Below the pieces are notes generated by a model. It searched no databases. It was not told the DNA's origin and saw only the letters and a program-made list of their open reading frames with translations. Below are positions 1 to 8,125 of a DNA stretch of 64,000 nt, piece after piece. Position 1 is the first letter of the stretch; every line of letters starts with the position of its first letter. The stretch lies in the NCBI GenBank assembly GCA_041483715.1, contig JBGPGG010000001.1, forward strand, positions 8,936 to 72,935, in the 5' to 3' direction. The translations under genes were made by a program, and so were the position numbers. This DNA is from Thermoanaerobaculia bacterium. GTDB lineage: Bacteria; Acidobacteriota; Thermoanaerobaculia; UBA5066; Gp7-AA6.

Positions 1-199
1 CCATCGTGACGACCTCGGGCGCATCCACGATCTCGATGTCAGGCCCAGTGTGCCCGGACTCGCGGAGGAGCTTCTCCAGTTCCGCGGCCCTGCCGACGAG
101 GAGGCAGGAAATTCCGAACTCGCGGGCGGCCGCGATCGCGCCGTCGACGTTGACCTGGGGGGCGTGGTCTCCCCCCATCGCATCCACCGCGATCCGCAC
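1..199 (-). CDS. plsX: Phosphate acyltransferase PlsX, N-terminal part (3' end lies beyond window start)
   Basis: Minus-strand translation VRIAVDAMGGDHAPQVNVDGAIAAAREFGISCLLVGRAAELEKLL matches the PlsX N-terminus (ALDVMGGD..GP motif). GTG start at 197-199. Lies downstream of rpmF as in the conserved yceD-rpmF-plsX operon. Confidence 0.75.
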   Translation of the reverse strand, partial: MRIAVDAMGGDHAPQVNVDGAIAAAREFGISCLLVGRAAELEKLLRESGHTGPDIEIVDAPEVVTM

Positions 200-253
200 C
201 CTCAGCCTCTTTTCTCCTGAAGCCAACACGAGTGCGCGAAGTATACCGGGGCC

Positions 254-339
254 GGTAGACGGTAGACGGTAGACGGAAAACGGGAGACGAAAGACGAGTG
301 ACAGCCGTCGTCTACAGTTTCTCGTTTCCCGTCTCCCGA
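254..339. repeat. Heptad-repeat hairpin element in the rpmF-plsX intergenic region
   Basis: (GGTAGAC)x3 + AAACGGGAGACG-AAAGACGAG ... CCGTCGTCTAC ... CTCGTTTCCCGTCTCCCG: two repeat arms and their complements arranged A-B-A'-B'. Confidence 0.7.
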
Positions 340-513
340 CTAGGTGTTGATCGCCTGCTTGCCCTTGTAGTACCCGCAGCGCGGGCAGACGCGGTGCGGC
401 TGCTTTGCCTCATGGCAGTTCGGGCAGTCGGAAAGGGCCGGGGGCGTCAGCGCGTCGTGCGCGCGGCGCTTGTCGCGGCGGGCCTTGCTGTGGCGTCGCT
501 TTGGATTGGGCAT
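340..513 (-). CDS. rpmF: 50S ribosomal protein L32
   Basis: MPNPKRRHSKARRDKRRAHDALTPPALSDCPNCHEAKQPHRVCPRCGYYKGKQAINT is a typical L32 with Cys4 zinc ribbon. The internal ATG of the 340..588 ORF was chosen as start. Confidence 0.9.
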   Translation of the reverse strand: MPNPKRRHSKARRDKRRAHDALTPPALSDCPNCHEAKQPHRVCPRCGYYKGKQAINT

Positions 514-520
514 CGTTCTC

Positions 521-1048
521 CTACACTTTCTCCTCGAGGGCCCGGAGGGTCTCCCAACGGGGGTCGACGGCGTCGTGCGCGCCGGCACACGGACCGAGGT
601 TCAAGTCGTTGCCGCAGGCGGGACACAGACCCTTGCAGTCCGGTCGGCACAGCGGCTTCATGGGCATCGCCATCTGGACCCGCTCCTCCGCGATCGGCGC
701 GAGCGGGACCACGGGGTCGTCGTAGAACACGGCGTCGAGGTCTTCCTTGGCCAGCTCCGTTTCCTCTTCCGTCAGGACCCGCTTCGGGTAGAGGACGAGC
801 GAGAAGGCCTCTTCCTGCTGGAAGGGGTACGCGGCGAGGCAACGGCTGCACTCGAGCTCGCCCTCGTAGACGAGTCGGGCCGAGAGCGCGTATCCCCCTT
901 CGATGCGGATGACCTCGCCCGACATTTCCAGGGGGGAAATCGCGACGAGGGGCTCCCGGTCGATCGCTGCAACGGCGACCGGCAGGGCGCTCTCGAACCG
1001 CAGGGGCTCGTCGAGCACCGAGTCGAGGGAAACGGCGTCCAGCTTCAT
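521..1048 (-). CDS. yceD: YceD/DUF177 family protein (upstream partner of rpmF)
   Basis: 175 aa starting MKLDAVSLDS with CxxC...CxxC motifs (CLAAY...CRPDCKGLCPACG) typical of DUF177. Its position 5' of rpmF is conserved. Confidence 0.8.
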   Translation of the reverse strand: MKLDAVSLDSVLDEPLRFESALPVAVAAIDREPLVAISPLEMSGEVIRIEGGYALSARLVYEGELECSRCLAAYPFQQEEAFSLVLYPKRVLTEEETELAKEDLDAVFYDDPVVPLAPIAEERVQMAMPMKPLCRPDCKGLCPACGNDLNLGPCAGAHDAVDPRWETLRALEEKV

Positions 1049-1103
1049 GATCGAACCGCGCATTCTACCCGCGCAGTGGCAGTAGTCAACTCGGATGGGA
1101 GAA

Positions 1104-1193
1104 GTCGACAGTCGACAGTTCACAGTCGACAGTGAGCAAAGGCCACGGGCTCAAACTGTTGACTGTCAACTGTCAACTACTGTCGACTGTAGA
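1104..1193. repeat. Heptad-repeat hairpin element (GTCGACA family) between divergent yceD and GT genes
   Basis: GTCGACA GTCGACA GTTCACA GTCGACA GT - 22 nt spacer - ACTGTTG ACTGTCA ACTGTCA ACTACTGTCGACTGT. Confidence 0.75.
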
Positions 1194-1202
1194 CTCCCTC
1201 GC

Positions 1203-2321
1203 GTGCGGATCGCCATCGACAGCCGGGCCCTTCTGGCCGAGCGGACCGGCATCGGAACCTACACCTATGCCGTGGCACAGGGTCTAGCGGCCATGGGAGA
1301 TGCGGAGGTGGGGCTCTTTGCCCCCCGCCCGTTCCCAAAGACGCTCGATGGCACGGGCGCATTCTCCCTCCACACCGACCACCACCCCTTCGGGATCGTG
1401 TGGCTGCAGACGACGCTTCCCCGGCGGATCGCCCGCTGGGGAGCCGACGTCCTCCTCTCGGCCCTGACGATCGGCCCGGCCCGCGGGCGCGTCCCGTTCG
1501 TCTCCGTCGTGCACGACCTGACGCCCATCACGCACCCGGAATGGCACGCCGGCCGCACGCTCATCGGGTTCATTCCCATGTGGGAGCGGACGGTCGAGCG
1601 GGCCGCGCGCTTCCTCTGCGTTTCGAAGACCACGGCCGACGACCTCGTCGCGCGCTACCCCGAGACCGCGCCGCGCGTGCGCATCGCGCGCAATGGAGTC
1701 GACCGGGCGTTCTTCTGCCCCGTCGACGACCCTCCCGCCCGGCAGCGGACCCGGCAGCGGTACGCCAACGCCAGGCCGTACATCCTGTACCTGGGAACGC
1801 TCGAGCCGCGCAAGAACGTCGAGGCGCTCGTGGCCGCCTGCGAGCGGATGTGGGGACGGCGCCGCTCGCGCCCGGACCTCGTGCTCGCCGGCGGCGCGGG
1901 CTGGAAGACCGCGGGCCTCCATCGGAGGATCGTGCGGTCGCCGTACCGCGACAAGATCCACGTGGCCGGATACACTGCGCGCGAGGCGGCGCGCGAGCTC
2001 TACCGGGCGGCCGAGGCCTTTGTCTACCCGTCCCTCGCGGAGGGGTTCGGCCTCCCGCTGCTCGAGGCGATGGCGTGCGGCACGCCCGTCGTCTCCTCGA
2101 CCGCCGACGCGCTCGTCGAGGTCGGCGGCGACGCGGCGTTGTATGCCCCGGCGCGCGACATCGAGGCGCTCTCGCGGCAGATCGAGCGCGCGCTCGAAGA
2201 CGAGGACGCGCGCCTCGCCCTGCGCGCGGCGGGGCAGAAGCGCGCCGCCCAGTTTCGGTGGGAGGACGCGGCGCGGGACACCGCGGCGGCCCTCGCCGAG
2301 GCCGCCCGGGGAGAGCCATGA
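1203..2321 (+). CDS. Glycosyltransferase family 4 (GT-B)
   Basis: GTG start giving VRIAIDSRALL... C-terminal EGFGLPLLEAMACGTPVV motif of GT4 enzymes. The first 36 codons of the track ORF lie in the heptad-repeat element and were excluded. Confidence 0.8.
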   Translation: MRIAIDSRALLAERTGIGTYTYAVAQGLAAMGDAEVGLFAPRPFPKTLDGTGAFSLHTDHHPFGIVWLQTTLPRRIARWGADVLLSALTIGPARGRVPFVSVVHDLTPITHPEWHAGRTLIGFIPMWERTVERAARFLCVSKTTADDLVARYPETAPRVRIARNGVDRAFFCPVDDPPARQRTRQRYANARPYILYLGTLEPRKNVEALVAACERMWGRRRSRPDLVLAGGAGWKTAGLHRRIVRSPYRDKIHVAGYTAREAARELYRAAEAFVYPSLAEGFGLPLLEAMACGTPVVSSTADALVEVGGDAALYAPARDIEALSRQIERALEDEDARLALRAAGQKRAAQFRWEDAARDTAAALAEAARGEP

Positions 2322-3487
2322 CCCGCTCGGCAAGGCCCAAGATCGGCATCGACGCGCGCAAGGTCGCGGACTTCGGCATCGGCTCCTACATCCGCAACCT
2401 GATCGAAGGAATCGCTCGGCGCCCCGAGGCCGAGCAATACCTCTTTCGCGTGTACGTCCCGGGCGCGGACCGCGACGCGCTGCCGCCGCTGCCCTCCCAT
2501 TTCGAGATCGTCCAGGACGACTCCCCCGGCTACTCGATCTCCGAGCTCACGGGCTTCGCCTGGCGACTCCTGCGCGACCGGCTCGACCTCTTCCACGCAA
2601 CCCACTACGTGATCCCGCCGCTCGCCCGCGCGCGCGCGGTCGTTACGATCCACGACATCATCCACATCCTCTATCCGCAGTTCCTTCCCAACCGCGCGGC
2701 CCTTCTCTACGCGCGCGTGATGATCCGCCGGGCGCTCTCCCGCGCGGACCGGATCGTGACGGTGTCCCACAACAGCAAGCGCGACCTCGTGGACTACTTC
2801 GGCATCGCGCCGGCGCGGATCGAGGTCATCTACAACGGCGTCGCGGCCCGCTTCCGGCCCGACCTGCCGCGCGCCGAACGGGACCGCGTGGCGGCGAAGT
2901 ACGGACTTCCGCGCCCCTACCTTCTCTTCCTCGGCGGCGAAAAGCCGCACAAGAACGTGCGCAACGTCCTGCGGGCCTTCGCCGAGGCGCGGCGGGAGCG
3001 CGCCCTGCCGCACACGCTCGTCCTCGCCGGCCTGATGCCGCCCAATCGCAGTCGGGTCGAAGCGCTGATTTCCGCGCTCGACCTCGAGTCCCGCGTCCTG
3101 CGGACGGGCGTCGTCCCGGAAGAGGACCTCCCCGGCCTCTTCGCGGGCGCGGACGCCTTCCTCTATCCGACGCTCTACGAAGGCTTCGGGCTGCCGGTCG
3201 CCGAAGCGATGGCCTGCGGCACGCCGGTTCTGACGTCCTCGACCTCGGCGCTGCAGGAGATCGCGGGCGGTTACGCCTACCTGGTCGACCCGATGGACGT
3301 GGACGCGATCGCCCGCGGGATCGCGGATCTGGCGACCGACCCCTCCCGCCGCGCCGAGTTTGCCGACCTCGGCAAGCGCCGCGCCGCCGGGTTCTCCTGG
3401 GACCGCGCCGCCGAGCAGACGCTGCGCGTCTACGCGGATGCGCTCGGGTCCGGAAAACGGGAAGCGGGAAACGGGAAACGTCAATGA
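2318..3487 (+). CDS. Glycosyltransferase family 4
   Basis: ATG at 2318 overlaps the stop of the previous gene (ATGA). MTRSARPKIGIDARK... with YEGFGLPVAEAMACGTPVL. The C-terminal 13 aa (GSGKREAGNGKRQ) are encoded by the heptad-repeat element. Confidence 0.8.
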   Translation: MTRSARPKIGIDARKVADFGIGSYIRNLIEGIARRPEAEQYLFRVYVPGADRDALPPLPSHFEIVQDDSPGYSISELTGFAWRLLRDRLDLFHATHYVIPPLARARAVVTIHDIIHILYPQFLPNRAALLYARVMIRRALSRADRIVTVSHNSKRDLVDYFGIAPARIEVIYNGVAARFRPDLPRAERDRVAAKYGLPRPYLLFLGGEKPHKNVRNVLRAFAEARRERALPHTLVLAGLMPPNRSRVEALISALDLESRVLRTGVVPEEDLPGLFAGADAFLYPTLYEGFGLPVAEAMACGTPVLTSSTSALQEIAGGYAYLVDPMDVDAIARGIADLATDPSRRAEFADLGKRRAAGFSWDRAAEQTLRVYADALGSGKREAGNGKRQ

Positions 3488-3536
3488 TCGACGCTGGCCG
3501 CTTTGCGTTTTCCGTTTTCCGTTTTCCGTTTCCCGC
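3452..3536. repeat. Heptad-repeat hairpin element (GAAACGG family), overlaps the 3' end of GT gene 2
   Basis: GGAAAACGG GAAGCGG GAAACGG GAAACG - 26 nt - (C)GTTTTCC x3 GTTTCCC. Encodes ...GSGKREAGNGKRQ* of the glycosyltransferase. Confidence 0.8.
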
Positions 3537-3539
3537 CCG

Positions 3540-4628
3540 ATGAGAACCGCCGTCGTCCACGACTGGCTCAACGGAATGCGCGGCGGGGAAAAGGTGCTGG
3601 AGGCGATCCTGCCGCTCGTGCCGGAGCCGACCATCTTCACGCTCTTCCACGTGCCCGGGTCAGTCTCGCCGGCAATCGAGCGGTACCCGATCCGCGCGTC
3701 GTACCTGAATCGACTGCCGTTTTCCCGGCGCCACTATCGGAATTTCCTTCCCCTCTTTCCCTCGGCCGTCGAGTCCTTCGACCTATCGGGCTACGACCTC
3801 GTTGTGTCGTCCTCGCACTGCGTCGCCAAGGGCGCGATCGCTCCGCCCGGCGTCCCGCACCTCTGCTACTGCCACACACCCGTGCGGTACGCGTACGAGC
3901 AGTTCGACCTCTACTTTCCGCCCGGGCGGACCCGCCTGCGGGCGCTCAAGGCCGCCGCGGTCGCGCGCCTGCGGGCCTGGGACGTCGCCACGGCGCCGCG
4001 GCCGACCCGCTACCTCGCGAACTCCTCTGCCGTCGCCGCGCGGATCCAGCGGCACTACGGCCGGGAGGCACGGGTCCTCCATCCGCCGGTCGACGTCGAC
4101 TTCTTTCGTCCGGCGGACACGCCGGCGCCGCGCGGCGACTTCTTGCTCGCCGTGGGCGCACTCGTTGCCTACAAGCGCTTCGACGATGCGCTCGCGGCCG
4201 CCGGACTCCTCGGCCGCCGGCTCGTGCTCGTCGGCCGCGGGCCCGAAGGCGCGAGGCTGCGCGCGCTCGCCTCCGTCGCAGTGGAGATCCGCGAGGGCCT
4301 CGGCCCCGAGGAGCTGCGCGAGCTGTATCGCTCCTGCGCGCTGTACCTGCAGCCCGGAGAGGAGGACTTCGGCATCTCGACCGTGGAGGCTCTCTCGTGC
4401 GGCGCCCCGGTCGTCGCGCTCGGCCGCGGCGGCGCGCTTGACATCGTGCGGGACGGCGTCAACGGAATCCTCTGCGCGGCCGAGGGCCCCGAGGCACTGG
4501 CCTCCGCCATCGGGCGGGCGCAGACGGCCCGGTTCGACTACACTCGACTGCGAGCCTCGGCGCTGCCGTTTGGAGGGGAACGCTTTGCCGCGGAGTTTCG
4601 CGGCGCCATCGGAGAGCTGGTAGGGTGA
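3540..4628 (+). CDS. Glycosyltransferase family 4
   Basis: Begins MRTAVVHDWLNGMRGGEKVLE... and carries EEDFGISTVEALSCGAPVV. ATG lies immediately after the repeat element. Confidence 0.75.
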   Translation: MRTAVVHDWLNGMRGGEKVLEAILPLVPEPTIFTLFHVPGSVSPAIERYPIRASYLNRLPFSRRHYRNFLPLFPSAVESFDLSGYDLVVSSSHCVAKGAIAPPGVPHLCYCHTPVRYAYEQFDLYFPPGRTRLRALKAAAVARLRAWDVATAPRPTRYLANSSAVAARIQRHYGREARVLHPPVDVDFFRPADTPAPRGDFLLAVGALVAYKRFDDALAAAGLLGRRLVLVGRGPEGARLRALASVAVEIREGLGPEELRELYRSCALYLQPGEEDFGISTVEALSCGAPVVALGRGGALDIVRDGVNGILCAAEGPEALASAIGRAQTARFDYTRLRASALPFGGERFAAEFRGAIGELVG

Positions 4629-6028
4629 TTCGGAAATCGACGCGGCGCATCGCGATCCTGATGCTCGTCTCCGACGTCGGCGCGACGCTCTTCGCGCTCG
4701 CGGCGGCTTACCTGCTCCGCTTTCGTGCGGAGATCATCGCGGTCCCCCTCGGGATCCCCGACGTCTCGCTCTACTACCGGCTCTGCCCGCTCATCGCCGT
4801 GCTCTGGCCGGCCGTCTACTACTTCTACGGCCTATACCAGGTGCGCCGCAACCGCTCCCGCGTGGAGGAGGCGATCTCGGTGTTCGTCGCGACGGGCCTC
4901 GCCACGGTGCTGCTGGCGGGCCTGGCGACCTTCTACCGCGGCTTCTCGTACTCGCGGCTCGTGCTCCTCTTCTTCTTCGCGCTCGACGTCCTCTTCGTGT
5001 TCGCGGGCCGCACGGCCATCCGCCGCTACCTCGAGGAGGCGTGGCGCCACGGTGTGGGCGTCCGGCTCGTGCTCGTGGTCGGCGCCGGGCGCCTCGGGCG
5101 CGCGGTCGTCGAGAAGCTCGTCGAGCACCCCGAGGCGGGGATGCGCGCGGTCGGCTTCGTGGACGACGCCGCCGAAAAACGCGGGTCCGAATACCTCGGC
5201 GTCCCCGTCCTCGGCGCGACCGCGGAGGCCGCGCGGATCGTGGACGAGCGCGGCGTGGACACGGTCTTCCTCGCGCTGCCGCTCCAAGCGCACCACACCA
5301 TGCTCTCCGTCCTGCAGGAGGTCGGCCGCACGATCGCCGACGTGCGCGTCGTGCCGGACCTGCTGCAGCACATCACGTTCCGCGCCGGCGTGGAGGACAT
5401 GGACGGCCTGCCCGTCGTCCACCTCACGCAGGTCCCGCTCACGGGTTGGATGAGCCTCGTCAAGCGCACGCTCGACATCGGCATTTCCGCTTCCGCGCTG
5501 GTGGCTCTGTCGCCGTTCTTCGCCGCGATCGCCGCGGCGATCCGGCTCTCCGACGGCGGGCCGGTCTTCTACCGGCAGCGCCGGATGGGCCTCGACGGCC
5601 GCCCCTTCGACATCCTGAAGTTCCGCTCGATGATCGTCGACGCCGAGGAGCGCTCCGGTCCGACCTGGGCGAGCGTGGACGACGCCCGCCGCACCGGCGT
5701 CGGAGCGTTCCTGCGCCAGTGGAGCCTGGACGAGCTGCCACAGCTCTCCAACGTCTTCCGGGGCGAGATGTCGCTCGTCGGCCCGCGCCCGGAGCGGCCC
5801 GAGTTCGTGCGCGAGTTCAAGGAGAAGTTCCCGCAGTACATGCTGCGCCACCGCGTGCGCTCTGGGATCACGGGCTGGGCGCAGGTCCACGGCTGGCGGG
5901 GGAACACGAGCCTCTCCAAGCGGATCGAGTACGACCTGTACTACATCGGAAACTGGTCGCTCTCGCTCGACATCAAGATCCTCTGGATGACCTTGCGCCA
6001 CGGCTTCCGGCACCGGAACGCCTACTGA
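4625..6028 (+). CDS. Undecaprenyl-phosphate sugar phosphotransferase (WbaP/WcaJ/EpsB-type priming glycosyltransferase)
   Basis: GTG start overlaps the previous stop (GTGA). N-terminal TM helices followed by the C-terminal bacterial sugar transferase domain (PFDILKFRSM...DELPQL...GEMSLVGPRPERP). Confidence 0.85.
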   Translation: MIRKSTRRIAILMLVSDVGATLFALAAAYLLRFRAEIIAVPLGIPDVSLYYRLCPLIAVLWPAVYYFYGLYQVRRNRSRVEEAISVFVATGLATVLLAGLATFYRGFSYSRLVLLFFFALDVLFVFAGRTAIRRYLEEAWRHGVGVRLVLVVGAGRLGRAVVEKLVEHPEAGMRAVGFVDDAAEKRGSEYLGVPVLGATAEAARIVDERGVDTVFLALPLQAHHTMLSVLQEVGRTIADVRVVPDLLQHITFRAGVEDMDGLPVVHLTQVPLTGWMSLVKRTLDIGISASALVALSPFFAAIAAAIRLSDGGPVFYRQRRMGLDGRPFDILKFRSMIVDAEERSGPTWASVDDARRTGVGAFLRQWSLDELPQLSNVFRGEMSLVGPRPERPEFVREFKEKFPQYMLRHRVRSGITGWAQVHGWRGNTSLSKRIEYDLYYIGNWSLSLDIKILWMTLRHGFRHRNAY

Positions 6029-6032
6029 GAGA

Positions 6033-6120
6033 GGGTCAGGTCTGAAAACTTCTGACTTTGAGCCTCCGTTGGGTTTGAGCCCCATAGGTTCCCAAAGTCA
6101 GAAGTTTTCAGACCTGACCC
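6033..6120. repeat. Perfect 28-bp inverted repeat with 32-nt loop between convergent genes
   Basis: GGGTCAGGTCTGAAAACTTCTGACTTTG ... CAAAGTCAGAAGTTTTCAGACCTGACCC. Right arm contains the stop codon (TGA) of the tgpA-like gene. Confidence 0.9.
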
Positions 6121-8125
6121 TTTTCTTCAAGCGGCGCACGCGCTCGGAGAGCTGGCGCACGGTGTCGGGGCCGGGCTCGACGCCCCCGAAGGCGCTCGCG
6201 CAATAGACCGCGACGACGGCCCGCGCGTCCTCGCGCGATCCGGAGACCGTCTCGGCGAAGAGCCGCGCCACTTCCGCGGGCGGCGTCGACGGCAGGACGG
6301 CTCCCCTTTTCCGGGCGAGCAGATGCCGCAGCGCGAGGTAGGCCTGCGTCGCCGGCCCGTGCCGCCTGCGGGCCCGCGACAGGCCGCGCCAGATCATCCA
6401 GCCGAGAAGCCCCGCCCCGAGAACGGACGCCAGCGAGGCCGGCGAGACGTCCCGCGCCGACTCCCTCAGCGCGGCGAGGCTGCCCGCGGCCGCGGCCAGC
6501 GACTCGCGCGCGGTCTCGATGGCGCCGACCTGGTCGGCCGCGTCGAAACCGAGCACGCGCCGGTCGTAGAAGAACTCGATCTCGCGCCCGAGGGCCGCCA
6601 GGCGCGACAGCAGCGAGTAGGCCTGGAGGGCCGGCGGCAGCCCTCCCGGAGGCGTCGGATCGAACACCTGGAAACCCGTCGCGTCCAGCTCCACCTCGAC
6701 CCACGCATGGAGGTTCTGCGCCCGCACGACGATCGTCCGGGAGAACAGCCCCTCTTCCCCCCCGTACGAACCGGTCACCAGACGGGCCGGGATGCCGCGG
6801 GCGGTCAGCATCATGGCCGCGGCGGACGCGAAGTACTCGCAGTGGCCCGCCTTCGAGCGCAGCAGGAAGTGCACGAGCGGATCGCCCGCGCCGCGCGGGG
6901 GATCGAGCGTGTAGACGAAGTCCTTCGCGAAGTGCTCCGCGATGCCCCGCGCGATCGCGCGGGGCTCCGAGAGGCCGGCCGTCAGCTCGATGGCGTACTT
7001 CTGGATCTCGGCGGGCACGTCCGCCGGCGAGATGGCCCCGCGCCCCGCGCCCCGCGGCGCGACCCGGCGCAACTCGGTCTGGTAGCGCACCGGGCCGCGG
7101 GACGACGAGACCTGCATCACGCCGTCCGGCAGCTCGACCGCGCGCCCCCGCTCCACCTGCACTGTCGAGGACCCGTACGGCAGGAAGAGGAATCCCTGGC
7201 CGAAGACGTTCAGGTCCACGGAGATGACGGCCGCGCCCCCCGGGCGGCCCTCCGGGGCCTGCAAGGTGTGGGCGGCCCTTTCGCCGCGCCGCGGGCCGAG
7301 GCGCGGATCGCGCGTCCACACTCCGTCGAGGTAGTCCGTGAACACGGCCTCGCGCAGCCGCAGGGAGTCCTCGGGCGCGAGCTCCGATTCCGACGAGAGG
7401 CGGAGGATGACGCGGTCGCTTCTCTTGGCGGCGCCGAAGGACTCGAGGTCCACCCGGTCCGACACGAGCGCCTTGCCGAGGGCATCTTCCACGCGGAACG
7501 GCGTGAGCGCGAAGGGACCGTGCAGCCGTGGGAGCGCGAAGAAGAGCGGCGCCGTGCACAGCGCGCCGCCGAGGACGGCGACTGCCGTCAGCCCGCGCGT
7601 GGGTACGGCCGTGAGCACGCGGTCGGGCGGCGCGTCGTCGAAGTCCGCGAGCACGGCGAGAAGCCCCAGGGTCCGGAACCCGATCCAGGCCGCCGCCGCA
7701 AAGTACAGCGCCGAGGACACGTGCGTCGAGGAGGAGGCTGAAGCGAGCGTTACGAGAAAGATCACGAGGAGCGCCAGCCGCGCCTCGCTCGGCCGCTTCA
7801 GGGACGCCAGCTTGGCCAGGCCGGTGAAGAGAAGCAGGTGCGCGACCGTCAGCAGGAGCCCCGGCCGCAGCGTCGAGGCTGAGAAGCCGAGCCACGCGAG
7901 GTAGACGAGGCCGGCCACGTTCATCGCCGCGTCCGAGATGCGCACGGGGCGGCCTCTTCGCGCGCGCCACCAGAGAAACGCGAGCGCCAGCTCGTAGAGC
8001 AGGATCGCTTTGCGGCTCGCGCCCCCGGTCCACGCGAGCGGCAGCGGCGCGAGGAATGCCGCCGGCGCGAGCACCAGGAGGTAGGCGCGCGAAAGGCCCT
8101 CGGGCATCGGGCGGGCGCGCGTCAC
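6098..8125 (-). CDS. Transglutaminase-like membrane protein (TgpA-like: N-terminal polytopic DUF3488 + transglutaminase core)
   Basis: GHCEYFASAAAMMLTARGIPARLVTGSYGGE matches the Cys-protease-like transglutaminase core. Multiple N-terminal TM helices. GTG start overlaps the stop of the DUF58 gene (GTGA). Confidence 0.8.
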   Translation of the reverse strand: MTRARPMPEGLSRAYLLVLAPAAFLAPLPLAWTGGASRKAILLYELALAFLWWRARRGRPVRISDAAMNVAGLVYLAWLGFSASTLRPGLLLTVAHLLLFTGLAKLASLKRPSEARLALLVIFLVTLASASSSTHVSSALYFAAAAWIGFRTLGLLAVLADFDDAPPDRVLTAVPTRGLTAVAVLGGALCTAPLFFALPRLHGPFALTPFRVEDALGKALVSDRVDLESFGAAKRSDRVILRLSSESELAPEDSLRLREAVFTDYLDGVWTRDPRLGPRRGERAAHTLQAPEGRPGGAAVISVDLNVFGQGFLFLPYGSSTVQVERGRAVELPDGVMQVSSSRGPVRYQTELRRVAPRGAGRGAISPADVPAEIQKYAIELTAGLSEPRAIARGIAEHFAKDFVYTLDPPRGAGDPLVHFLLRSKAGHCEYFASAAAMMLTARGIPARLVTGSYGGEEGLFSRTIVVRAQNLHAWVEVELDATGFQVFDPTPPGGLPPALQAYSLLSRLAALGREIEFFYDRRVLGFDAADQVGAIETARESLAAAAGSLAALRESARDVSPASLASVLGAGLLGWMIWRGLSRARRRHGPATQAYLALRHLLARKRGAVLPSTPPAEVARLFAETVSGSREDARAVVAVYCASAFGGVEPGPDTVRQLSERVRRLKKRVRSENF

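Noticed and set aside
298-912. 204-aa +-strand ORF starting inside the rpmF-plsX repeat element
   Set aside because: Antisense to rpmF and yceD; low-complexity. Its start is generated by the repeat.
1104-1193. ACAGT/ACTGT elements as LexA/SOS boxes
   Set aside because: CTGT and ACAG motifs occur on opposite arms with wrong spacing and orientation for CTGT-N8-ACAG. The motif is repeated four times per arm, unlike single operators.
1400-3487. 695-aa ORF apparently fusing two glycosyltransferases
   Set aside because: The first 306 codons are out-of-frame read-through of GT1 (Arg/Pro-rich). The real gene starts at ATG 2318, overlapping the GT1 stop.
6028-6120. TPP riboswitch near CTGAGAG / upstream of thiL
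   Set aside because: Lacks the conserved ACCUGAUCUGGAUAAUGCCAGCG core. thiL is translationally coupled to lon with no leader. The sequence is the perfect inverted repeat instead.
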